Shown in pieces: positions 39,261 to 46,549 of a stretch of DNA of 64,000 nucleotides. Numbering within the stretch: the stretch's first letter is position 1; every line of letters begins with the position of its first letter. The notes beneath the pieces were generated by a model. It saw nothing but the letters and a program-made list of their open reading frames with translations. It was not told where the DNA came from and did no database searches. The stretch is from Candidatus Doudnabacteria bacterium (GTDB lineage Bacteria; Patescibacteriota; Doudnabacteria; UBA920), in contig CAWINB010000004.1 of assembly GCA_963837465.1 (NCBI GenBank), positions 202,853 to 266,852 of the forward strand, given 5' to 3'. The position numbers were made by a program, and so were the translations under genes.

Positions 39261-39875
39261 ATGAGAAAAACATTATTACTTGCAGTTCCTTTAATTGCCT
39301 TGATGGCAGCTGGTTGTTCGTCAAATTCCAACAACAGCCCCCAGAGCAGCGCTTCGCAGTCACCAATTGCAAATTCTCCTAGCGTCCAACAACCATCGAC
39401 ATTGACGGCACCGTCAGCTGCCGAATCAGATTTTAAACAAGCCAGCGACCTAGCAGCACAGCAATGCAGTAATTTACAGCTGGTCGAATATTTCAAAAAT
39501 TTTAAACCAGCAGATAAGGGTAATACTGCCAGTGGTTATAAATTTATTTGCGACGATGGAAAATATGTCTCGGTTGATATAATGAGCACCGGAAACATGC
39601 AAACGAGAAAATTAACTAATCTTTACTATAAACCCATTACATTGGCAGATTGGAAAGTTAATTTAGATTCGGCAAAAAACATAGCTTTACAGAATGGTGG
39701 GAACGATTTTATTAGCAAAAATAGTGGAGCATTTTTGAATGGTGAAATTTTAACCAGCAGAACCGATGAAGGCTTTAAGTGGATTATAGATTTTGAGTCG
39801 CAAAATTATAATTCGGAATTGCAGATATTTATCGATCCGACGACTGGCGCAATACTAGGTCAGAAAACTTACTAA
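39261..39875 (+). CDS. Lipoprotein
   Basis: Signal peptide with a lipobox (LIALMAAGC|SSNSNNS). 204 aa. Confidence 0.6.
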   Translation: MRKTLLLAVPLIALMAAGCSSNSNNSPQSSASQSPIANSPSVQQPSTLTAPSAAESDFKQASDLAAQQCSNLQLVEYFKNFKPADKGNTASGYKFICDDGKYVSVDIMSTGNMQTRKLTNLYYKPITLADWKVNLDSAKNIALQNGGNDFISKNSGAFLNGEILTSRTDEGFKWIIDFESQNYNSELQIFIDPTTGAILGQKTY

Positions 39876-39983
39876 ATCGTATACCTTTAAAATTTCGGTC
39901 TGGGCAGGTTCTTTAAAAAATCGCACCAAACTTAAGCAAAGTTAAAATAATTCTCGCTTACAAATTGGTGGTTTGGCACATGT

Positions 39984-40012
39984 GCTGAGTTCGATCCCCG
40001 GCCGTCCCACCA
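39984..40012 (+). repeat. Partial tRNA-Lys 3' end (att-site remnant or direct repeat of tRNA-Lys copy 1)
   Basis: GCTGAGTTCGATCCCCGGCCGTCCCACCA. The 3' 24 nt match copy 1 with one mismatch. The 5' GCTGAGTTCGA part matches the attP-like core at 26073. Confidence 0.7.
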
Positions 40013-40044
40013 TAGTGTCCTTTTTCGCTTCTGCGACTAACCTG

Positions 40045-40152
40045 AATTCGTTTTTCCAGTTGACCTGTATAACCTTTTCGCTATTCCAGGTTAGGTTTTC
40101 AACCATAGATTTCACCAAACGCCTTTTCCCTTCGGGAGAGGCGTTTTGGTAT
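40045..40152 (+). repeat. Diverged ~105-bp direct repeat of 26255..26360 (LSR C-terminal coding remnant)
   Basis: CATAGATTTCACCAAACGCCTTTTCCCTTCGGGAGAGGCGTTTTGG aligns with CATAGACTTCACCAAACGCCTTTTCCCTTCGGGAGAGGCTTTTTGG. In both places the sequence lies directly 3' of a tRNA-Lys sequence. Confidence 0.7.
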
Positions 40153-40178
40153 GCCGGGTGCGGATTCTTCAGCCGTAT

Positions 40179-41261
40179 TTATTTTGCCTCCGCGCCAACT
40201 GCCTGGCTGATATTTGTAAAACCATCGCGCTTCAATAATTCAACCAACCCCCGGTTGATTTTTTTTACCAAACCCGGACCTTCATAAACCAAACCCGTGT
40301 AAATTTGAATTAAACTCGCGCCGGCTTTTATTCTTTCATAGGCGGTTTCGGCCGAATCAATGCCACCTAAGCCAATTATGCAAGGGCGCTTAAGCTGTTT
40401 GTAAGCGTGCCTTACCAGTTCCGTAGCTTTTTGCCTTAGAGGTTGTCCCGAGATTCCGCCTTTGCCGATTTTTTCCAAAATTGTTTTGTCCGTTTTTAAG
40501 TTGTCCCTGAACTTGGCGGTGTTGGTTAAAATATATCCGTCTATTTTACGCGCTTCACAAACTTCCAAAATTTTATCCAATTGCTCAAAATTCACATCCG
40601 GGGAAATTTTAACCAGTACAGGCTTTCCGTGGGCCATCGCGGCTTTAGCTTTATTAATTTCGTCCAGCAAAACTTTTAAAGCGCCGGGGTCTTCAAAAGT
40701 TTTCCCTTCCGCCGTATTGGGACAGCTGACGTTTAAAGTAGTGTAAGCAAACAAAGGGTAAAGTTTTTTAAACGTGTACAAAAAATCTTCCACCGCTTTA
40801 TCGCCCAAAATATTTGGATCGTGGGTCTTGGCGATGTTAATACCCACAGGCACCTGAAACTGTTTTCCGCCTAAACGCCAAGCGATAACATTAGCTCCTT
40901 CGTTATTTAGGCCTAAACGATTTATCAAACCGCTATCATCAGGCAACCTAAAAAGACGTGGCTTGGGATTGCCCGGAGAGGGGAGCGCCGTTATGTTTCC
41001 CATTTCAATATGGCCAAATCCTAAGGCCGGTAAAAAATCCAAAATTTTACCGTCTTTATCAAAACCCGCGGCCAAGCCCACGGGATTTTTAAACTTTATG
41101 CCAAAGACTTCGGTTTCCAAACTTGGATGTCCAAATTTATATACCGCGGAAACCGGACCGCTTAAACCTGCCGTATTGGCCACGCCGCACAGCCCCAGCA
41201 TCATGCCGTGCGATGCCTCCGGATCAAGCCCAAACAAAAACGGACGGATGAGTTTGTACAT
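40179..41261 (-). CDS. pyrD: Dihydroorotate dehydrogenase (class 2)
   Basis: 360 aa ORF with an N-terminal membrane-association helix and a TIM-barrel DHOD pattern (GLAAGFDKDG, GGISG, GLGGIDSAETAYERIKAGASLIQIYTGLVYEGPGLV). Confidence 0.85.
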   Translation of the reverse strand: MYKLIRPFLFGLDPEASHGMMLGLCGVANTAGLSGPVSAVYKFGHPSLETEVFGIKFKNPVGLAAGFDKDGKILDFLPALGFGHIEMGNITALPSPGNPKPRLFRLPDDSGLINRLGLNNEGANVIAWRLGGKQFQVPVGINIAKTHDPNILGDKAVEDFLYTFKKLYPLFAYTTLNVSCPNTAEGKTFEDPGALKVLLDEINKAKAAMAHGKPVLVKISPDVNFEQLDKILEVCEARKIDGYILTNTAKFRDNLKTDKTILEKIGKGGISGQPLRQKATELVRHAYKQLKRPCIIGLGGIDSAETAYERIKAGASLIQIYTGLVYEGPGLVKKINRGLVELLKRDGFTNISQAVGAEAK

Positions 41262-41263
41262 TA

Positions 41264-42064
41264 TTATCTAAACTGGTTAATTCGGTAACTTAACCTTTTT
41301 GTTTCCCCTGCCGGGTCTTCGGCAAAAATTATGGCGCGGGAAGAATTTATAATCAGGCCGCGTTTTTGGCTGTCCAGTCCGGCGCCAAGCACAGCCTGCA
41401 CATCCCCCCCTTGCGCCCCCACGCCGGGAACCAGCAAAGTCATTTCCGGAGCGATGGCTCTTATGGCCCTGATTTCGTCGGGATAGGTGGCGCCGGCCAC
41501 CAGCATGCAATTGTGGTTATAATCCCAGTCCTGGGACACTTTTTCCGCGATAATTTTCCACAGGGCTTTGCCGTTGACTTCCAAGTCCTGGATTTCCCCC
41601 GCCCCCGGGTTGGATGTCCTGCATAATATAACAGAGGCTTTATCCGGCCGGTCCAAAAACGGACCCAGGGCTTCCTTGCCCAAATAAGGATGCAAAGTTA
41701 TGGCGTCAAAACCCAGCCAGTCAAAAACAGAAGTCGCGTAGCCGTTATTGGTACTGCCAATGTCGCCGCGTTTGGCGTCGCAAATGGTAAAAACGTCCGG
41801 ATGTTTCTTCAGCAAGTAATCCATGGTCATTTTTAATTCCTTCATTCCCTGTTCGCCGCGCGCCTCGTAAAACGCCGTGTTCGGCTTGTAAGCGGCCGCG
41901 TAATCCGCCGTCTGGTCAATTATCCATTTGTTAAACTCAAACTGCGGATTCTCCAAACTTTTAAACCGCGGCGGCAACTTGTCGTAGTCGCTGTCCAGCC
42001 CGACACAAACCAAAGAATTAACCTTTTTGGCCCGCAAATTGTATTTTTCCGTGGGGATGTTCAT
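41264..42064 (-). CDS. pyrF: Orotidine 5'-phosphate decarboxylase (type 2)
   Basis: Motifs VCVGLDSD and ICDAKRGDIGSTNNGY. The start is taken as the internal Met, whose ATG overlaps the pyrE stop as ATGA. The longest ORF runs to 42142. Confidence 0.8.
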   Translation of the reverse strand: MNIPTEKYNLRAKKVNSLVCVGLDSDYDKLPPRFKSLENPQFEFNKWIIDQTADYAAAYKPNTAFYEARGEQGMKELKMTMDYLLKKHPDVFTICDAKRGDIGSTNNGYATSVFDWLGFDAITLHPYLGKEALGPFLDRPDKASVILCRTSNPGAGEIQDLEVNGKALWKIIAEKVSQDWDYNHNCMLVAGATYPDEIRAIRAIAPEMTLLVPGVGAQGGDVQAVLGAGLDSQKRGLIINSSRAIIFAEDPAGETKRLSYRINQFR

Positions 42065-42741
42065 TTTGTTTGTTTTAATTTTTCTTCCAAAAATTTTTTT
42101 CCGTGCCCGACCCTGGTATTTATGGGAACACCGGCTTTGCACAGGGGACAGTCATCGGCGTCAAAATTCTCGGCTTTAAAAATACACAGCGGATAAAACG
42201 GAGCGCCTAAAAATTCCGCGGTCACGTTTTCCGGATTACGGTTGGCAATCGCGGCAACAGCCGCTACTTCTCCCCCGACTTCCTTAACGGCCTCCACGGT
42301 CTTTCGCGCGCTGGCGCCGGTATTGGTAATATCCTCTACCACCAAAACTTTTTTCCCTTTAACCAACTGATCATAATTGCGGCGGCCGATTAACGTCATT
42401 CCCCCTTCCGGGGTTTTTTCAGCGTAAAGGCCTAAAATATCCTTATTCTTGATTTTTGACAAATGGTACGCCACCAGCTGAGAAAGAATAACCCCACCAA
42501 TAACCGGACCGACCACCGCATCGACATCCAGATACTTAATTTTTTGGGCGAATAGTTCGCAAAGCCTGAAGGTTTCCCGCGTGTGCGGATATATAGCGTC
42601 TTTGTTGATATAAACGCTCATATGACCGCCTTTGGTGCCAACAATGTGGCTGTCCGTAATAACAGCTTCCGTTCTTTTTAAAATGCCCAAAACTTCTTCT
42701 TGGATGTTCATAAATTTAGTCGGGCTCCGGACCAAGTCCAA
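42061..42741 (-). CDS. pyrE: Orotate phosphoribosyltransferase-like type I PRTase
   Basis: PRPP-binding motif KVLVVEDITNTGASA. The gene sits in the pyr operon. Confidence 0.7.
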   Translation of the reverse strand: MDLVRSPTKFMNIQEEVLGILKRTEAVITDSHIVGTKGGHMSVYINKDAIYPHTRETFRLCELFAQKIKYLDVDAVVGPVIGGVILSQLVAYHLSKIKNKDILGLYAEKTPEGGMTLIGRRNYDQLVKGKKVLVVEDITNTGASARKTVEAVKEVGGEVAAVAAIANRNPENVTAEFLGAPFYPLCIFKAENFDADDCPLCKAGVPINTRVGHGKKFLEEKLKQTK

Positions 42742-42783
42742 GGCATCTTATATTAAATATGAGTGTATGAGTGTTTGTCAATT

Positions 42784-43716
42784 TTAAAACAAAGTCCTCG
42801 TGCCGCTCAGTTTTTCCATAAGTTTTTCTTTTATGGAAACTTTGGCGTGGTCGTTAATTATAGTGTCGGTGGAATAAACGAAAGTGGTAAGTTTGCGGAT
42901 TTTATCCATGCAGTTGTATAAAAACAGGCCGTGGGTGGCGGCGCAGCAGACTTTTTTGGCCCCGGCCGCTTTGAGTTTTTCCAGGGCTTTTATCATAGTG
43001 GCGCCGGTGCTTATCATATCATCCAACACCAAAACATTTTTACCGGCGACTTCAAAGTCTCCGTCCATTTCGCCCACATCACGGTAATGGATTTTGTCGC
43101 CCTCGTATTCCTTGCGCGCTTTTTTGTATGACTTGCCGCCGTGCTCTGCCGCCATGTAACCGGCGCCCATGTCCGGCGAGATAACTTCACAGCCCTCCCC
43201 GCCAAAAGCTTCGCGGCGGGCAAAAGCCCCCAGCTCTTTGCCCATGGAAATATTTTCTATATCCAGCTCCGCGAATTTAGCCGGACCCTCCTTGTTTAAA
43301 AAATGGCAGTCAAAAGTCACCAACTTGTCGCAGCCGGCGCGCTTAAGCAAATTACAAAGCACGAAAGCGCTGGCTACTTCGCCGTTCAACTTTTTTTTAT
43401 CCTGCCGGGAATAGGCTAAATACGGGGCCACCACCGCCACGCTTTTGGCGCCTGCCTCTTTTACGGAATCCAAAATAAAAAGCAGCGCCACCAAGGAAGT
43501 GTTCTGCTCGGGATACAGCCTGTGAAATACGATTACGTCACTATCTTCGCATTCTGCCAAATTTAAAATCCTGACATGGGTGTCGCCGTCCGGGAATTTG
43601 CCAATTTCAATACTGGGCGGAAAAATATCGCTAAAATTCGGGGAAACCAAATGGACGGCTTTGGACATAGTATAATTGACAAAAATGGCAAGATTGACAA
43701 AAATGAGCAAAAACAA
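42784..43716 (-). CDS. prs: Ribose-phosphate pyrophosphokinase (PRPP synthetase)
   Basis: Motifs KFPDGDTHVRI, VISPDMGAGYMAAEHGG and VLVLDDMISTGATM. The real start is probably the internal MSKAV at about 43668. Confidence 0.8.
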   Translation of the reverse strand: MFLLIFVNLAIFVNYTMSKAVHLVSPNFSDIFPPSIEIGKFPDGDTHVRILNLAECEDSDVIVFHRLYPEQNTSLVALLFILDSVKEAGAKSVAVVAPYLAYSRQDKKKLNGEVASAFVLCNLLKRAGCDKLVTFDCHFLNKEGPAKFAELDIENISMGKELGAFARREAFGGEGCEVISPDMGAGYMAAEHGGKSYKKARKEYEGDKIHYRDVGEMDGDFEVAGKNVLVLDDMISTGATMIKALEKLKAAGAKKVCCAATHGLFLYNCMDKIRKLTTFVYSTDTIINDHAKVSIKEKLMEKLSGTRTLF

Positions 43717-43781
43717 GACCCCGACCCATGAATACTGACTTTATCATAACAAAAGTTTTTGGATTGTGCTAATATTTTCTT

Positions 43782-44117
43782 ATGAAACATCCCGGAACCA
43801 CTACAAAAAAATTTCAGCGGAAAATTGAGAATTTTACCTGCCAAAATTGCGGATTTAAAGTTACGGGCAACGGCTACACCAACCACTGTCCCAATTGCCT
43901 GTGGAGCAGGCACGTGGACATTAATCCCGGAGACAGGGCCGGGGCGTGCGGCGGATTAATGGAGCCGGTGAATTTGGAATTGCGAAAAAAGCAATATATT
44001 ATTACCCACCGCTGCCAAAAATGCGGCCTTGAAAGCAAAAACCGCCCGGCCGAAAATGACAACTCCGATGCTTTGCTTAATTTAGCCGGTACCCTTGCCA
44101 AAAAGGCAATGTTTTGA
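43782..44117 (+). CDS. RNHCP domain protein
   Basis: FTCQNCGFKVTGNGYTNHCPNCLWSRHVD matches the conserved R-N-H-C-P zinc-binding signature. Confidence 0.7.
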   Translation: MKHPGTTTKKFQRKIENFTCQNCGFKVTGNGYTNHCPNCLWSRHVDINPGDRAGACGGLMEPVNLELRKKQYIITHRCQKCGLESKNRPAENDNSDALLNLAGTLAKKAMF

Positions 44118-44175
44118 TATATTATTCTGGCAATCTTAAAAATATTTTGCGGCGAATCTGCGGTTAATATTCCTC

Positions 44176-44252
44176 GGGCGGTTAGCTCAGTTGGTTAGAG
44201 CGCCTCGTTTACACCGAGGAGGCCACAGGTTCGAATCCTGTATCGCCCACCA
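44176..44252 (+). tRNA. tRNA-Val(TAC), CCA encoded
   Basis: Cloverleaf with acceptor GGGCGGT/ATCGCCC, anticodon stem CCTCG/CGAGG, loop TTTACAC, T-arm ACAGG-TTCGAAT-CCTGT. Confidence 0.85.
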
Positions 44253-44312
44253 GATAAGTTGGAAGATGAAAATTATCAAGTGGAGCCACTTTTCACTTGA
44301 AATTTATTTATA

Positions 44313-44641
44313 TGCCTCGGTAGCTCATTGGTAGAGCGTTGCCCTATAAAAACAATCTTTGGGGCCATTCGCCGTAAGGCGGATTGAGAAAAACTGGGTG
44401 AACTCGGGGAAAACTTCATCTCATAAAAAAGATGAAATAATCCCGAGCCAAGTTCCGAAGGGCTTCGCCGGCTGGCGGAAGGTTTCGGAAAAGGTGTAGA
44501 GACTAATAGGTGAGTCCCAACAATAATCCTATACAAGCGCCCAGCCCCGGCCCTTTAATATAAAGAGCCGGGTGATGATATAGTCCAAATTAGCCTCGGA
44601 AGAGGCAAGCGTAGTCAGTTCGATTCTGACCCGAGGCACCA
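44313..44641 (+). tRNA. tRNA-Phe(GAA) interrupted by a 254-nt group I intron after U33
   Basis: The 5' exon 44313..44344 (GCCTCGGTAGCTCATTGGTAGAGCGTTGCCCT) and the 3' exon 44599..44641 (GAAGAGGCAAGCGTAGTCAGTTCGATTCTGACCCGAGGCACCA) join to a canonical cloverleaf with loop CTGAAGA. The intron carries the group I R element (GTAGAGACTAATAGG) and S element (GATATAGTCC). The IGS GGGGC can pair with the exon end GCCCU, with a U.G pair at the splice site. Omega-G is at 44598. Confidence 0.75.
44345..44598 (+). ncRNA. Group I self-splicing intron (no ORF)
   Basis: Conserved P7-flanking R and S elements and P1 pairing. 254 nt, too short for a homing endonuclease. Confidence 0.7.
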
Positions 44642-44702
44642 GATTTTACTAAGTTTTTTAGCGCGGACAGAGTTCCCCTAAAAAAAGCAACAATCCAAAC
44701 AA

Positions 44703-44776
44703 GCGGCCATGGTTCAATGGTAGAACTCCTCCTTGCCAAGGAGGGGATAGGGGTTCGATTCCCCTTGGCCGCTCCA
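44703..44776 (+). tRNA. tRNA-Gly(GCC), CCA encoded
   Basis: Cloverleaf with acceptor GCGGCCA/TGGCCGC, anticodon stem CTCCT/AGGAG, loop TGCCAAG, T-arm AGGGG-TTCGATT-CCCCT. Confidence 0.85.
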
Positions 44777-44930
44777 GTAGCAAACTTTCAGACATTTCAG
44801 ATTTTTTTGCACGGGCTTCGCAGAGCGAAGCCCATTGTGTCGGGGGGACGGAAACGATTTTTTGATTTTTTAAAACAAGGTGCGAGCCGAAGATTTTTTG
44901 TGCAGACGATTTTTTGGGGGGTAAGTCGGG
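44772..44930 (+). repeat. Perfect ~160-bp inverted repeat, copy A (partner 50672..50828)
   Basis: Copy A, from CTCCAGTAGCAAACTTTCAGACATTTCAG to GACGATTTTTTGGGG, is the exact reverse complement of copy B. It starts at the CTCCA 3' end of tRNA-Gly and encodes the penultimate ~50 aa of the LSR. Confidence 0.85.
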
Positions 44931-46329
44931 CGAAAGCGTTATTTCGCCGAGTTTTTCTGCGTCTTGTATCCACTCTTTGAGAGGTGCGAGCCAGATTGTC
45001 CGTTGTTGTTCAAGACGGGCTATTTGCTCCTCCAGCGACTTCTTATCGGACACAAGAACGTTCTTTTGTGTCCGATAGGTTTCCTGCTCAATGTCTTGGT
45101 CTAAATAGGCGTTAAGAAGTCGCTGGAGCTTGCGGTCAATCTCATCTGTCCTTGAACGCAAGTCTTGGACAACCACGGCCACGGAGCGGGCGGAGTCCTT
45201 GTCGTCCTTGTCCGCCATAGCGTTTAGCTGTTCCGCCCACTCTGGTGGCATTACAAAGGTTTTAAGGATAGTTGTAAGCTGGTTGTCCAGTTCCGTGTCC
45301 CTGACGGACAACTGCGAGCAATGGGTGTTTTTCTTAGTGCAACGATAGTATAGGTAATTATGGACATTGCCGTTTTTTTGGTGCTTGGTCTTGGTTTCGG
45401 CGGTTATGCTGCGGCCGCACTCGCCGCACTTGAGCAAACCACAAAACGGCTGGGGCTGGTTCTTGGGATTGTCGCGCTGGTGGCCGCGTTTTTCTAAAAC
45501 CTCCTGTACTTTATCCCAAAGCTGCTTGGTAATGATTGGCTCGTGTCGCCCTTGGTGCAACTCACCTGCGTATTGGAAAAATCCGTAATAAAAAGGGTCG
45601 TTTAAAATATATGTTATCCTGTCCCGTTTTAGGATTTTTCCGCTCTTGGCTACTATGCCCTTATCTTTTAAAAACAAAGAAATGGCCTCAAGGGTATTAC
45701 TACCTTGAGCGTATAGTTCAAACATCTGTTTAATGATTTTGGACTTCCTTTTGTCTATGACAATAGTTTTAGTCCGGCTGTCGTTAAGATAGCCGATAGG
45801 CGCACGGCTGGGATACTCGCCGCGCCGGACTTTTCTCTAAGCCCCCGTTTAGTGTTGTTGCTTAGGTCTAAAATAAACTGGTTAGCCATTCCAAACTCAA
45901 CGCTCATAAGCAGAACGTTATCAGTCGAGCGATAGCTCCGCTCATTGGTTTGGATATGCTGGATTATGCCGCGCTGTAAAAACCAGCTAATCTGCCCGCC
46001 GTCCACGGGGTTGCGGGCGAGCCTGTCCAGTTTCCAGCAGACAAGGCCTTGAGCTTCGCCTTTTTCAATCCGGCTCATCATCTCGGAAAACACCGGACGG
46101 CCTAAAGATTTAGCCGACTGTTTTTCCACAAACTCGCAAGCAATAGATAAGTCCTGCTCTTTTGCCAAAGCCCGCAACTCCGTGAGCTGGGCTTCTATGG
46201 ATAAAACCTGTTTATCCTCAACATCGGTGGACTTGCGGGCGTAGAGAAAATAGTTATCGTTTACCAAAATTGATTTTTTTGCTATCATATAATTGTAGTA
46301 AATTGTTATATATTGATACTAGCAAATAG

Positions 46330-46545
46330 TTGAAGAATATGCAAACAACCCCGAACATTGGGAATAATATAAAAAAATACAGGGGCAAGCTCGGCTTAAC
46401 ACAGGAAGATTTGGTAAAAAAATCAGGCGTAAAATACACCACCCTTTCTAAGATTGAAAGCGGAGCGTCAAAAAAACCGACAGTTCACATAATCGCTAAA
46501 ATCGCTAAAGCCCTCGGCGTTTCTATTGAAAATTTAATAAAATAA
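46330..46545 (+). CDS. XRE-family HTH regulator (possible controller of the R-M operon)
   Basis: 71 aa ORF with the HTH KKYRGKLGLTQEDLVKKSGVKYTTLSKIESG. It lies 5 nt upstream of mod. Confidence 0.7.
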   Translation: MKNMQTTPNIGNNIKKYRGKLGLTQEDLVKKSGVKYTTLSKIESGASKKPTVHIIAKIAKALGVSIENLIK

Positions 46546-46549
46546 ACTT

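Larger units (their letters stand above)
14259..40152. mobile_element. Composite tRNA-Lys-associated genomic island (tandem or nested integrative elements)
   Basis: The left boundary is tRNA-Lys copy 1. The right boundary is a 3' tRNA-Lys fragment at 39984..40012 (GCTGAGTTCGATCCCCGGCCGTCCCACCA), which differs from the 3' end of copy 1 by one base. An att-like core GCTGAGTTCGACCCC recurs at 26073..26087. Inside the island are a tyrosine integrase, a second tRNA-Lys, two serine recombinases and a primase/helicase. Composition is AT-rich compared with the flanks, with GC-rich pockets. Confidence 0.6.
44658..46288 (-). pseudogene. Large serine recombinase, split by one frameshift near 45810..45820, with the C-terminal tail encoded antisense through tRNA-Gly
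   Basis: ORF 45755..46288 holds the resolvase catalytic domain (YARKSTD...WKLDRLARN). ORF 44658..45725 holds the recombinase domain, zinc ribbon (CGECGR...YYRCTKKNTHC) and coiled coil. Upstream of the second ORF the frame reads ...EYPSRAPIGYLNDSRTKTIVIDKRKSKIIKQMFELY, which is continuous with LSR architecture, so a single indel separates the two halves. This may be a sequencing error or a real pseudogene. Confidence 0.8.

Noticed and set aside
39973-40287. 104-aa plus-strand ORF
   Set aside because: It spans the tRNA-Lys 3' fragment, the LSR-remnant repeat and the antisense of the pyrD 3' end. No coding signal is present.
41277-41626. Arg/Gly-rich ORFs overlapping pyrF (41277..41510 minus, 41366..41626 plus)
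   Set aside because: They are alternative frames of a GC-rich stretch inside pyrF.
44276-44536. 86-aa minus-strand ORF
   Set aside because: It lies inside the group I intron of tRNA-Phe. The intron's conserved RNA elements explain the sequence better.
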